Shown here piece after piece: positions 27,401 through 42,400 of a stretch of DNA of 64,000 nucleotides. The notes beneath the pieces are model-generated. The model had not been told where the DNA came from and made no database searches. It saw nothing but the letters and a program-made list of their open reading frames with translations. How positions within the stretch are numbered: position 1 is the first letter of the stretch; each line of letters begins with the position of its first letter. The DNA is taken from assembly GCF_003918875.1 (NCBI RefSeq), contig NW_025767002.1:3038001-3102000 (forward strand), in the 5' to 3' direction. This DNA is from Haliotis rubra (lineage: Eukaryota). The position numbers were made by a program, and so were the translations under genes.

Positions 27401-30400
27401 CACTGTAAACAACATCATGATTCTGATATTACACAGAAAAAAATATGGTAAGAGTATCTTGGATTCATTGTACCAGGTGATTCAGGATTTCTATCACATG
27501 TTTTGTGCTGAATATGATATGTGCTTTAGATAAGCTAAATTTCACATGATCCTTTGATCTTTTGATGTGAATTCTTGAAGAATGAAAAATGGCAAAGTTT
27601 ACTCATTATTAACAGAATGTTAAGTTGAATCAGATTATATAACACACAAAATACCAGCAAAAAATCAATGGAATCATGTGATGAAAACTTCCAACATGCT
27701 CTTCTGCTTTCATAATGCCTAATACATGCAAAAAGGCAACTCCTCTTTAGAAAAATTGGTTAACAGTTTCATACAATCCTAAAATTAAATAGCTAATAAA
27801 AATCTAAAAAACATTCACTACAAAAAAGTTGTACATGTGATAAATTAAACTGGGAGATCAATACGACATGTTCAACTATCCCTGCTCAAAAGGCATCATG
27901 TTCAGATAGTTGGTTTACAAAAAACAGAAAAGGAAAAACATTCTTATAAAAAGGTCAAATACGTTCAGATTGGATATACCGGTAGTGTTAGGACTTGGAC
28001 TCCTATCAATATCTGTTTCAACCAGGTCAGGTCTTTCAGTGGCTCAGCTGATGCCTAGTGACGTATGATGTCACCAGATGTTTTACACGAGGGGTAAGAT
28101 AAATGGTATACGACAGACACAAGGGCTTTTTAAGTAATTTTGTACACACCCAAAACTGTACCATTTTAACATTGAAATGATGCATATTTTGTCTATTCTC
28201 ATGATTGCCATGGTGTATATTTTGTCTATTCTCATGATTGCCATGGTGTATCAATATATAACATGCCATGGTGTATCAATATATAACATGCCATGGTGTA
28301 TCAATATATAACATGCCATGGTGTATCAATATATAACATGCCATGGTGGCCTCAATACACACCATGGTGTATCAACATATAACATGCCATGGTGTATCAA
28401 TATATAACATGCCATGGTGTGTCAATATATAATATGCCATGGTGTATCAATATATAACATGCCATGGTGCATCAATACATAACATGCCATGGTGTATCAA
28501 TATATAACACACCATGGTGCATCAATATATAACAAGCCTTGGTGTATCAATATATAACATGCCATGGTGTATCAATATATAAAATGCCATGCCGATCAAT
28601 ATATAACATGCCATGACTGCCTCAATATATAACACACCATGGTGTTTCAACATATAACGTGCCATGGTGTATCAATATATAACATGCCATGGTGGCCTCA
28701 ATACATAACACACCATGGTGTATCAGCATATAACATGCCATGGTGTATCAATATATAATATGCCATGGTGTATCAATATATAACATGCCATGGTGTATCA
28801 ATATATCACATGCCATGGTGTATCAATATATAACACGCCATGGTGTATCAATATGTAACACGCCATGGTGTATCAATATATAACACGCCATGGTGTATCA
28901 ATATATAGCACACCATGAGTGATGTCATCTGGCTGACTCCTTGCTACTCAAACCTTAGTGCACCACAAAAAGGTTGCAGCTTTATATGTGGATTATGAAG
29001 GTGATGATAAAAGTGAAAACTAGGTGAGATCAAAGCAAATTTATTAACACACTAAAAACTGAAGTTTTGACACATCAGAAGTAGAAGAAACTTATCAATG
29101 AATTACAATCAGGAAAGCAGTCCCTTATAATCTGACCCAAGGTCATCGCCATGGATATCATGGAATAGCCAATCACAGACCTAGAATTTGATCCCACACA
29201 TATATTTCATATGTTTATACTAGGTAATTCAAATGGGCTTCTCACTCACAGGGGTGTTGGAGTTTCCCACAAACAGGTGAATAAGAGCTTCCACTCACAG
29301 GTGTGAAAGAAACATATTTCCCTTGCCACTGTGACAATACAACAATTAATCATCACAGCGAACTGTCAACGGTATCTGACCTTGGTGCACTAGACGACCT
29401 CTGAAGTATATGACAACACTATTCAATCATTGCTGTCAATCACTGCTGTCAATCACAGATTGATGTACACCATAAAGAAGATTAAACACAGAAACTATCA
29501 ACTACCTCTCCACAAAAACATTTCAAATTTATGTACTGCTGTACAAATTTCCACTTACAAACATCAACGTAAAAAAACTGATTATTCCACTGTCATCTGT
29601 GGTTAAAATGATTTATGATAAGTCACTAAATACCAGAATGACATTCTAGATTTATCACCTGTCAGTGTTACTGGATTTTAACGCATGTGCATGTTTCAAA
29701 GTAATAGCATAAAATTGAAATATATATGATAAAGCTCAAACATTACTGACTAATTAAACTATTAACTCACTCAAACAAGAAAAACAAATACTTAGTATGG
29801 TACAATATTTTTAGTTTAATTTACCAGTTTGGACTAACTGGACACAAACAGCACCAGTCTATCATCATGCCCCACAAGATAGAATAGAATAGAAGAATAG
29901 AATAATACTTTAATGCCTTTTCAGGAATTTGTGTTACATCAGCAGAGCTACTGACACATTAGAGAGATACCAAACACATTTACATAAATTCTTTGATTTA
30001 GGTATCTTCACATTTGTTTAAGAGAGATATGGTACTTGGAATAAAGGATGTACGGGTTCTCTTAGTTTTCACAGTTGGAACTTTGTAGCGGCGGCCTGAA
30101 GGGAGGAGGTTGTATTCCGAATTTAAGTAGTGAGTACGGTCAGATATGATTTTGACAGCTTGATTCACGATTTGCCGCTCATATATTGATGATAAACATT
30201 CAAATCTGACTCCAGCGATTTTACTTGCAGTGTTAACAATTTTGTTTATTTTAGATTTGAGATAAACTGAGAGAGACCTTACCAACAATGGAAGGAAAAT
30301 GTTTAAATACTCTGAATAAATGCTACATAAAAAGATGACATCACAGATGGGTTAACATTAAAAGATCTCAGTTTATGCATGAGATTTGACACTTTTTGTA

Positions 30401-33400
30401 TAGGGCTTCAGTGAAGGAACTGCAACCCAAACTACAAAACATATGAAGGCTTGAAATTTTATTCTGAATGCCATGTATGGGCACAATACACACTGAAATC
30501 AAATATAACATTTTTAAATGTTCATGTTCAGGACTTATTCATTTTGAAAAAGAAAAAGTTGTTCCTAATAGTAGTAAAGAGGTCGTTCATCCATATATCT
30601 TATGTTGTTGATCACTGGATCATCTGGTCCAGACTCAATAATTTACAGACCACTGCCATGAAGCTGGAATATTGCTGAGTGTGGCGTTAAACAACAAACA
30701 ACAACTCTTATTTCTCCTTTGTACATCAACTTCAAAATGCTTCTCAAAGAAGTAACTCCCTTGTTACAATAGTTATTGCCTTGTTTACAAAACAAAACTG
30801 TTTGTTTGTATTTTAACAATACACTCAGTCAGCCATATTCCAGCTGTAAGATGGTGGTGTTTAAACAATCCAGTCAGGACCAGATAGTCCAGTGATTGAC
30901 ATCATGAGCACTAATCTACACATATAGGATACAACATGCATCGATCAAGTCAGTGAGTCTGACCACCATCTAATTAGTCGCCTCTTACGACAAGCATGGA
31001 CTGCTGAGGACCAATCTTCCAGGTCAATTGAGTTATCATGTCCTATTTATGATCATGACTAATGATAAAATGAGCTAGTTTGTCATGTATTTGTTGCCTG
31101 TAAACTCTATACAAACACCAGACTGTATGATATTCTAATTAAATGCCAGCTCTCTTTCATATATCGATGAATGCCTGCCAGTGTAGTTACAACGCCTGTC
31201 TGTTACCAAGGTTACCTGCAATACTACACCCATAACACCAAACAAATACCAGTTAATCATACCATCACTGGCATGGAACAGCTTACATTGATATTAATAT
31301 GTCATAATGATATCTAATTAAGCAGCTGTAAGATCATGACCCAAATGCGACATGTTGAAGTCGGTGGGCTGTGTATGAGTGATGACACAGCAAACTAGCT
31401 GGATGTATATCAAGTCCGGTCTTGTATATGGAACCCCAGATGGTAGAGTATCGATTAGAAAACTGTTGGTTTGATGACAGCAAACCTGTGGTTGATGATG
31501 GTGGTCAGGAGACACCAGTTAGGGCTTTCAACATGACAGCTGAAAACTTTAACTTTAACTTTAACTTTAACAAGGCTACCCCAATACTCCAACAAGCATT
31601 GTCACTAAGGTGACATAATCCCCAGCTGCAAATAATCAAATCAAACTTAAAAAGTAATGAAAGTGAAGGTTGTAATTTAAGATGAAGTTAAATGTCAACA
31701 AAAACATGACCAGTCAACCTCTCTTGCCAATCTTGTTGTGTAGTTGTTCAAATGCACAAATATTTTCAAGACTGACTTTGACCTTGACATGAATGTCTTA
31801 GTGTATGAAATATGCAAAAATGGTAATAATTGCTTATTGAAAAACATTCAAGGGAAATCTTGAAAGTCCATGGAGAAAATCCGGTAAACTGTTCTTGAGA
31901 TATCTCGCTGACGATCTTTACATGCAGCTTAACATGCTGAAATCTTCAAAGTGTCCCTGTGACCTTGACAATTATGTGAAGGTCACCAAAACTGACTGGA
32001 CCTTGCACCATCCTAGATGAAGCTTGGTGTCAAATATGAAGAAAGTCCAGTGAATGGTTCTTGAGATATCTCGCTGACAATCTTTACATGCTGGTTAACA
32101 TGCTGAAATCTTCCAAGTGTCGCCGTGACCTTGAAAATTCAGTGAAGGTCACCAAAAGCAACTGGGCTCTGGGCCTTACTTAGGTAAAGTTTTGTGTTGA
32201 ATATGACGGTTCTTGATATATCTCACTGACAATCCATGAGACATGCGGTTCTTGAGATAGCTTGAAAATTCACAAGGGTCACCAAAAAACATTAAAGTCC
32301 CTTGTGAGTTTTGTGTTGAAATGAAGAAAATCCAGTGAACGGTCTTGAGGTCACAAGGGTTAAACCTGAAAGTCCCCTTGACCTTTCTTATACTGTGATG
32401 AACCTAGGTACCAAATATGAAAAGAATCTACTCAACAGTTCTTAAGATATTCCACCGGATGCGACGGATCGGACGGACGATGACGGAGCCTAATACTATA
32501 TCCCCTGCTTTGCGTTAAACGCGCGGCAGGGGATAATAACTGATATTAATCCAAGCAATCACATGATCCCCCCAAAAAGTTCAGACTTCACTCATACTAT
32601 ACAATATACAGTTGCCTCACCAGGATATATGGTTGGTTGGTTGGTAGGTTGTTTAATGCCGCACTCAGCAACATTACAGCTATATGGCAGCCTGTAAATA
32701 TCGTGTCTGGACCAGCCAATCCAGTGGTCAACAGCATGAGCATAATCTACTCAGTTGGGACATGATGACATGTGTCAACCAAGTCAGCAAGCCTGACCAC
32801 TCGATCCCGTTAGTCACCTTGTACAACAGGATATATGCCTGCCTTAAGAGTTGTAACTGAATTTGAAGTGCACAAACACTAATCTAATCTAATCTTGTTA
32901 TATTTTCTATTCATATTTTGGCCATATTCAAACACATCACTTTCTGTCTGACAGCAACACAATGGGAATAAGTACGTTGTTGAAATAAAACTCAATTGTG
33001 CATGCATGTTGAAGGAGAGAGACCATAGACTTCAGTGGCCCTGCAAATCTCCACTTGGTGACAGGTGTATGTATATGGCCATGATAAAATCCCTTCCTAT
33101 TCGGTAAACACTATTGAACTTAACACACCCCTTCAAATACAAGCACTGAAAGAGCAGCGTGCTCCCAGGATTAAATGAGTCAATATTAGCCTAAAGCAGT
33201 TCAATGTCCTGATTGTAGAAAAGCCTTTTCACTCAAATTCAGTTTTGAATCACAAGATCGTTAGGTAACATGTGAGTGATAAAGTTTCACAGTTCTACTT
33301 GTCATGATACTGTTCACCAGTGTGATGAATCACAATTATTCATCCAGTCAACAGAATAATGAGTTTCACCAGCAGATGACTGAGATTTAATCAGCATTAG

Positions 33401-36400
33401 AATTGTGATGATCAACAACCGACTTATCGAGCAGCTGTAAGTGAACGCTGGCCTCTGTCACCTACATGAGATGAAGTATGCAAATGCCAGACTTGGAGAG
33501 TCACGTTCCGTTTGTGCTCTGCTGAAACTAACGACCACTAAGTAAATATACAATAATGGTGCCTGAGAGACTCATGATGACATAGTGTGCCTTACAGTGT
33601 CATATGTTCAGAGGCTTGATGACATGATTAACCTCATGAAGGTGACTGCACCCCCATGGATTTTACCAATATAAAACGCTTTCACNNNNNNNNNNNNNNN
33701 NNNNNNNNNNNNNNNNNNNNNNNNNNNNNNNNNNNNNNNNNNNNNNNNNNNNNNNNNNNNNNNNNNNNNNNNNNNNNNNNNNNNNNNNNNNNNNNNNNNN
33801 NNNNNNNNNNNNNNNNNNNNNNNNNNNNCTTTAAGCAATATTCCAGCAACATCACGGCAGGGGACACCAGAAATGGACTTCACACATTGTGCCCATGTGG
33901 GAATCGAACCCGGGTCTTCGGCGTGACGTGCGAACGCTTTAACCACTAGACTACCCCACCGGCCCTGATGAACATGAATATTTTCACATATTATAAGTTA
34001 AGTTTTGGAGTTGGGAGAAAGCGACAATAAGTCCTGTACTTGTGACCAATCCCTTTATGTTTTGGACAATAAATGTGTTTAAAACACAAAGTTTTGAGTT
34101 GAACATAAGAATAATCCTAATAAAATTAATTACCACACTTATCAGTTTTTTCAGCTATATGATTTGTTCTGTTCTGGATTGTTTTGGAAAACATATTCAG
34201 GAACCTTTTTATCTTTTGCGAAAGTACAGTCACATGTTGTCAAAATACTGTACCCTATTCTTGCAGACAAGTGTCCAAATAAAGTTTTTTTCAAAACAAC
34301 CAAGCATCTGTTTATGTCGGAAGAAATGATTGTGCCCTCAAACACTAACAAAAGTTCATCTGAAATGGCTGATCCTTAAATCGAAGAAGTAAGAACTGCT
34401 ATGCATGTATGTTGCCATTTTTAAATATTGTCTGCGCGAAAATATGGTGAATAAAAAGACTTATTATATTATTTATATCGTTACAACATTGGTACTGTCA
34501 TGGTCTCGTTTCTGGGTGATACATGACCAGACGTCTGCTCTGTCAGTCAATCCATCTCACTTGACTATCTAAGTGGTCAGGTGTCATACTGTTAGGCATT
34601 GCTGTGTGACCACAGAGGGCCCAGCAAATATTGTTGTTGATCAAACACTTGAGGGGAAATGTATGACACAGATGTTTGACTTTACACACAGCTCAACACA
34701 GTACACCCATGATTCCACATCATAATTACATTCACACATGCATGACTTTCTGCCAGGTTGGGGAGTAGGTTAAACATGTTGATTTCTAGTCCACAGTCCT
34801 GTNNNNNNNNNNNNNNNNNNNNNNNNNNNNNNNNNNNNNNNNNNNNNNNNNNNNNNNNNNNNNNNNNNNNNNNNNNNNNNNNNNNNNNNNNNNNNNNNNN
34901 NNNNNNNNNNNNNNNNNNNNNNNNNNNNNNNNNNNNNNNNNNNNNNNNNNNNNNNNNNNNNNNNNNNNNNNNNNNNNNNNNNNNNNNNNNNNNNNNNNNN
35001 NNNNNNNNNNNNNNNNNNNNNNNNNNNNNNNNNNNNNNNNNNNNNNNNNNNNNNNNNNNNNNNNNNNNNNNNNNNNNNNNNNNNNNNNNNNNNNNNNNNN
35101 NNNNNNNNNNNNNNNNNNNNNNNNNNNNNNNNNNNNNNNNNNNNNNNNNNNNNNNNNNNNNNNNNNNNNNNNNNNNNNNNNNNNNNNNNNNNNNNNNNNN
35201 NNNNNNNNNNNNNNNNNNCTTTTAGCAATATTCCAGCTATATCACAACGGGGGACACCAGAAATGGGCTTCTTAAGTATGCTTTAGAAAGCATAAGATTG
35301 TCATATGAAGAACGGGCGTTGTGGTAACCTAGTGGTTAAAGCATTCGCTTGTCATGCAGAAGACCCGGGTTCGATTCCCCACATGGGTACAGTGTGTGAA
35401 GCCCATTTCTGGTGTCCCCTGCCATGATATTGCTGGAATATTGCTCAAGGTGGCAAAAAACAAACTCACTTGCTCACTTACTCATGTAAAATCAAATGTC
35501 TGAAATACAAGGAAAAACTCATTTTGCTGAAAATATCACAAGGACTATAGATTGCAGATGACGTTTGTTTCTATCAGTGTGAACCTACTGAACTTTTATA
35601 TATCTATAATGATGTCACATTTCCCTGCCATTCCAACCATCAGTGAGAATTTCCTGTGGAATATCCTGTTGAAAGCACTACTGTCATTCTCAATCCATCA
35701 TCAAGTAACTTTTTAAAGTCTGCAACCATGATAAATTTGCCAGCCATTACACCAGCTTGTCAGTCACTGTGCAGCACAGTCGACATCCAAATGTTCACAA
35801 AGGTCAAGGTCCATCGCTACCATTAAATTATTTGTTTCAACACTTTCAGCCATTTCCTTTATGTAATGTGTGAAATATGAAGCCTCCCTTTCTACACAAT
35901 GTATCCATGTGGAATTATTGACCATCCTTAACTTATTTCATCATCAATTTAGGGGAAATGTTTGTGAATATTAATATTTAACTCACACAATAATTAATCA
36001 TAATCTATTAGATCCTCAATCCTTTAAATTCTTGTCAATTTACAGCCAATTAGACCATATTAGATCCTCAATCCTTTAAAATCCTCAATGATCTACATCC
36101 AATCATTATATACCGGTATTAGATCCTCGATTCTTTCAATTCTCACAGATCTGCAAACCATCATTGTTGATCCTCAAAACACTTCTCATGATCTGCCACC
36201 AATTATAACATTCAATAACTTTTTAAATTTGCATGATTCCTCTTAAAAAGTATGTTCTTCATAAAATGAGGGTCACTCAACAACAATCAACTTAAAGTTA
36301 ATTTTATTTCAAGAAATACCAAACATAAGACATACTTTTGTCATTTGCTTGAAAATAATGTAAATTTAAAGAAAAATAAATCTACAAAACTCTTGAAAAA

Positions 36401-39400
36401 CATTGCAACACAGGGATGAATACTAGCCCAAGTCTGAGTCAGACGGATATATGAAAGTGGGTGAGTGAGGGGTTTTTGTTTTACGCCGCTCTTAACAATA
36501 TTCCAGCAACATCTCACCAGGGGACACCAGAAATGGGCTTCACACAATGAACCCATGTGGGGAATCGAACCCGGGCCTTCAGCTTGACGAGCGAATGCTT
36601 AAACCAGTTGGCTACCCCACTGTCCCTTATACATGAAAAGTTAATATGTGGACTTGTAGAATTTCAGCCATTACAGGATGTTATCACAATCACCATTCAC
36701 ACTAGATAGTTGCACTATCTAGATAGTCACGACTAGATAGTCAATTTTTCAACCTTATAACATTCATATCCTTAAAATGGACAAGCCTTCAGACGTTTTA
36801 CCCACCATTTTACAGTTAATAAGAAGTGAGTTCAATAAAATTCAGAGACAACAGGATCTTTGTTCAGCGTAGAGAGTGTGAGCATGTTTATTACTTGAAA
36901 GGTTGGCTGCACATCTTCAAATCACTCAAGCCAGACAATCCTATTTATCTAAAAAATCCTAAAAGCTTTTAAGTTTAACATCTTTTTTCAAATTTAAAGG
37001 ATCATAACAGCTTCAACAGTTTTCCATCAAGCAGGTTGCCGGTAACGAGGAATCGGACTACATGTCAATATCTACTTACTACCACCTACTCTGTTCACTG
37101 AATCAAGTTTAGGCAACACTGTATAAACATCAGATTTAGAAAAAGCATTTCTACACTGACAGATGTATTCATAATGGCATGAACATGAGAAACAAAACAT
37201 TGATTGTTGGTGGAAAGTTTAAACTTGAGCCTGTCTACCATGTACATGATATATGGCTCTGTGTTTAACCAACGCAAATTCACCATCATGACCATATCGA
37301 TGTTTTCTGGTACACATTGATTTCCACATATTTCTTTTACAGGTTGCATGGATACTGGAAGAGATATTGTCTATCATAACCTGAACACACAGGTTTTGCT
37401 CTGCATCAGTTTTACAAGGATGTTATAAGTCAACATATAAATAGTCTGGCGTTTCCTTCTGGGATCTATTCCTAGCCAGCGTCAACATGGTTGGTATGTA
37501 ACAAGTCTGGCTTGTTATGAAAATATTTCAAAACTTTAAAGATGTTGACTCGTTATATTAATGTTTCATTATTCGTGCATGAAGGTACTATGTACCACTG
37601 TGAGTGGTTTTGGAGAATAAATAAACTTGAACTTGAGATGCTGGACTATTCAAGCTGCAAGATGGTGTGCTTGAGTGGCATTCTAGAAGTTGGTGGTATA
37701 GAGATGACAAAACTTGATGGATGAAAATAAAGAAGTTGATCACCCATAAAGTTTCGTCATCTCAACAAGATGGTGGCCTGTAAATAACAGAGGCCAGACC
37801 AGACAAACCCGTGATTGTTTGATTTATCCATACCATCAGGGTATGATGACATCATCATGTCAACATGGCTGACCAACAATCTGATACAACCATCATGAGC
37901 TGTTGGAGACAAATTCGAACCCAGGATGCAATTTTGATCAGCTGTCAGCTTAAACTTCCATTGTTTCCCAGGTGTAAGGGTTCATTCATATTGGAAATAT
38001 CAATAGGAAATCTGTCTTCAGTTTTCACAGTTACCAATCACACTGAGATCCTGGACAGAAAGCATTATACCACCAACTACCCTTCTTGTAAAGTCACTGT
38101 AAGGGACATGACAGGCATTGAGGCAAACCTACACACATAACCCAGTGGATGAAGGCAAAACTCAGCTGTGGCTAATGTTTGAAAAAAATATATGTAAATA
38201 TATTTTTATTCAATATTTTTTAAGCAATAACCATGCTAACAATAATCATACAACACAATCCCTTGACTGTACAACAGCAATACAAATACTCTTTCAACAT
38301 GATATTCTAAACTAAGAATGGAAGTTTATGATTCCTTGTCACTGACAACCTTAATCATACAACACAACCCCTTGAGGGTACAACAGCAATAATTAAAATC
38401 TTACAACATGATATTCAAAACCATGAATGGAAGTGGAAGGTTTATTGGCACCCAACATCAAACTGACTTGAATCCCAGATCTGAAAACCTGAAGGAGGTG
38501 TAGTACGTAACAAAGCAACAGCCACATCAATCATCCGTCAACAGCAACACCCATAATCCGGTTTTATTGACCTGTTGACAGCCTGGCAGGACAAGTTGAC
38601 ATGTACAGAGGTTGTTAGCTACATACAACATGGTGGATGTTACATAACCCGTATCAAACAGGTGCTGTAATTTCTAGTCCACAAAGTGTGGAATAACAGT
38701 AATTCATCCGTCCACTTAAAGTGTCACAGTGGTCAGTTCTTGATGTCCGAGCTGAGAGTTATTCCCTGAATCTGTATCCACTGACTTTTATCTGCGATAA
38801 ATCACATCACCTGTGTCATGGCCATCAAGAAGCTACTGCCACAAGGCACGTCTAAGGTAGTTTAACGCTGCTATCTTAAGGGTATCAAATGATCTCATGA
38901 TACATCAACAGGCAATATTAACATTACTTCTGAACAGGTAACTTTCAAATGTAATCAAACTGCTAAATACACTTTAAATTGACTCTCATTTCAGTACAGA
39001 AGATAGATATATTTCTGGCTGCTGTTGAAAAGTGACATTAATTGTTCAAGCTTACAGTAAACTATGCCTATTTACAGTTACCATGACAATTTATACAGAT
39101 CTGATTATTGGAAATATTCAATGAAATGTGCAGTGAAATATATTTTAGTCTTCGCCATTATGACTGCCTTGGTATAAACATTTCATGTTGGACATGAGAA
39201 AACAGTTAATTCTAGCACCTCAGATAGACTAACACTCATAGGGGGATCCAGAGGGGGTTACAGGGGTGTGTACCCCCCCCCCCCTTGTCCTGAAAGTTAT
39301 TAAATGACCATTGAAACTCTTGTAAAAATGAAGTTTGCACACACACACCCCTTTCTCAATAGTGTGCACCCCTCCTTTCTCAAAGAGCTGTATCCGCCCC

Positions 39401-42400
39401 TGACACTTAGTCTTTGAAAAACAAGATTTTTGATAGAAACAAGCAATTCCTTATAAACTGAAAAGGAATGAGTGAGTGAACATGGTTTAATGCCGCTTTT
39501 AGCAATAATCCAGCAATATCACAGCAGGGGACACCAGAAATGGGCTTCACACATTGTACCCATCTGGGGAATCGAACCCAGGTCTTCAGTGTGATGAGCG
39601 AGACGCTTTAACCATCAGGCTACCCCACCGCATCAGATTGAAAAGGAACACCATTGAGAAGGGAGATTCAGAACCTGATGAAATCTAGACTTGCTTCATT
39701 TAGGACTTGAGCATTGCAGAAAGAGGCAAGGCAGAAGGGAAAATAATGTGGTTCAGGGACTGAGACAGACTACACAGACAACCGGCGCTCCCAAATCTCA
39801 AGTGCAAGAGCTAGAAAATCATGAAGCATTGACTGTATTCCGTATTTTGTACCTGATTACGCATAGAAATAAATTTTAAGAAATACCACGTTATAATACC
39901 TGCATTCATTCCTAAACATGCTAAACATAAAAACAAGTTAATGCACCTCAGTGGATGATCTCTGGATTTATTTCCCATCTGTTTTCAACTTTCCTATGCA
40001 CAAAAAGCACGATTTTGCATCTTGGAAATCACTGACCACTTATATGTGAGATAAGTAGGAGTCCAAGTGTTTTAGTAAATTAAGTAAAACAGCAGAACAT
40101 GTCATACACATCAATATGATTATGATACATGTAGACTTAACATACAGTGAAAGATATTTATGTAAAGTGAGAGAGTTTAGTTTTACGCAACTTTTAGCAT
40201 ATTCCAGCAATTTAACAGCTGGGGACATCCATGTGGGGAATTGAACCTGGGTCTTTGGCCTGACGAGCTGAACACTTAAACCACTAGGCTACCCCACTGC
40301 CCCTATTTATGTAAAGGAATCTTTGAGTATTAAGGACCTCCCAAATATAGGGGATGGATATAGGTTACTTGGGCTGAGCTGTCACAGGTCTCACGGACAC
40401 TGACCTCTGTCTTGCCCCAGGGTGGGATCACACCATCACTGCATGTTACACAATACATCAACCACCTTCCAGGCAATATACCATCTCAAGTTATCTTGTG
40501 TACTGTCTGACTTTGATTATTCTTTCTTACCACACACTGATGTAGCACTTCTATGAATTATGTGTTGGACGGCATGACATAAAAATCGACATGACATTCA
40601 AAATCTTCAGTCCATCAGGTTGCCTGTGTCACTGACCCTTCAAATAAACAAAGGACGATTCATCACATCTGGGCTCCATCTGTCATTACATTGGTACTAG
40701 AGCTACCTTTTTCAACAAGCTTGTCCTCACGTGAGACTAGTATTCAAATCAATTTGAACCCTCTGCTCATTCACACAAGCATTACATAGTAGATGAATTT
40801 TTTTCACTCTTTTCCCTTTCTGAAGAAACATAGATAAAATGACATTAATGAGTTTTTGTTTTACACCATTTTTAGCAATATTCCAGCAATATCACAATGG
40901 GGTACACCAGAAATGGGCGCCACACATTGTACCCTTGTGGAGAATCAAATCCAGGCTCCACAGGATGAGCTAACACTTTAACCACTAGGCTAACCCAATC
41001 ACCCTAAAATGACATTACTGTAGACCATTTATCCTTGAGTAAGGAGGAAATACATTCTAGTCCATGACAAACAGCATGACAGACCACAACACTAAATATC
41101 GCTGCTGGGCTTGGTCTATTGACCTACAGGACACCTACAGAGTGAGTGAGGCATTCGTCATCTCACCTGTTTGGGCAACTGCTGATTATATTAAGTGTCT
41201 GAGCTTAAGTATATGTTTAAGCATTCTGTGTACATACCATAAGGCTTAGCATAAAATCTGGTTGATTTGATCAGACAAATCCTATTGTTAGTTCTACACT
41301 GGCTATTTTACAAACTGAAGGTGTTACTGTATTGTTATTTTCATTCATCAATATACGTACACAGAACATAGGATACTGGAACATATACACCACAACTGTA
41401 TATCATGTAAACATCAGCATTGTCAGCAACATATGTAATGGCGAACACTTAAACCACTAGGCTACCCACTGCCCCTATTTATGTAAAGGAATCTTTGAGT
41501 ATTAAGGACCTCCCAAATAAAGGGGATGGATATAGGTTACTTGGGCTGAGCTGTCACAGGTCTCACGGACACTGACCTCTGTGTTGCCCCAGGGTGGGAT
41601 CACACCATCACTGCATGTTACACAATACATCAACCACCTTCCAGGCAATATACCATCTCAAGTTATCTTCGTGTACTGTCTGACTTTGATTATTCTTTCT
41701 TACCACACACTGATGTAGCACTTCTATGAATTATGTGTTGGACATGACATAAAAATCGACATGACATTCAAAATCTTCAGTCCATCAGGTTGCCTGTGTC
41801 ACTGACCCTTCAAATAAACAAAGGACGATTCATCACATCTGGGCCCATCTGTCATTACACTGGTACTAGAGCTACCTTTTTTCAACAAGCTTGTCCTTAT
41901 TCAAATCAATTTGAACCCTCTGCTCATTCACACAAGCATTACATACTAGATGAATTTTTTTCACTCTTTTTCCCCTTTCTGAAGAAACATAGATAAAATG
42001 ACATTAATGAGTTTTGTTTTACACCATTTTTAGCAATATTCCAGCAATATCACAATGGGGACACCAGAAATGGGCGTCACACATTGTACCCTTGTGGAGA
42101 ATCAAATCCAGGTCGACAGGATGAGCGAACACTTTAACCACTAGGCTAACCCACCGCCCCTAAAATGACATTACTGTAGACCATTTATCCTTGAGTAAGG
42201 AGGGAAATACATTCTAGTCCATGACAAACAGCATGACAGACCACAACACTAAATATCGCTGCTGGGCTTGGTCTATTGACCTACAGGACACCTACAGAGT
42301 GAGTGAGGCATTCGTCATCTCACCTGTTTGGGCAACTGCTGATTATATTAAGTGTCTGAGCTTAAGTATGTTTAAGCATTCTGTGTACATACCATAAGGC

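Noticed and set aside
28180-28915. CRISPR-like appearance of short palindromic repeats
   Set aside because: Head-to-tail units with no unique spacers, eukaryotic context, no cas genes. The same applies to the other minisatellites.
33608-35228. ORFs containing X runs
   Set aside because: They span assembly gaps.
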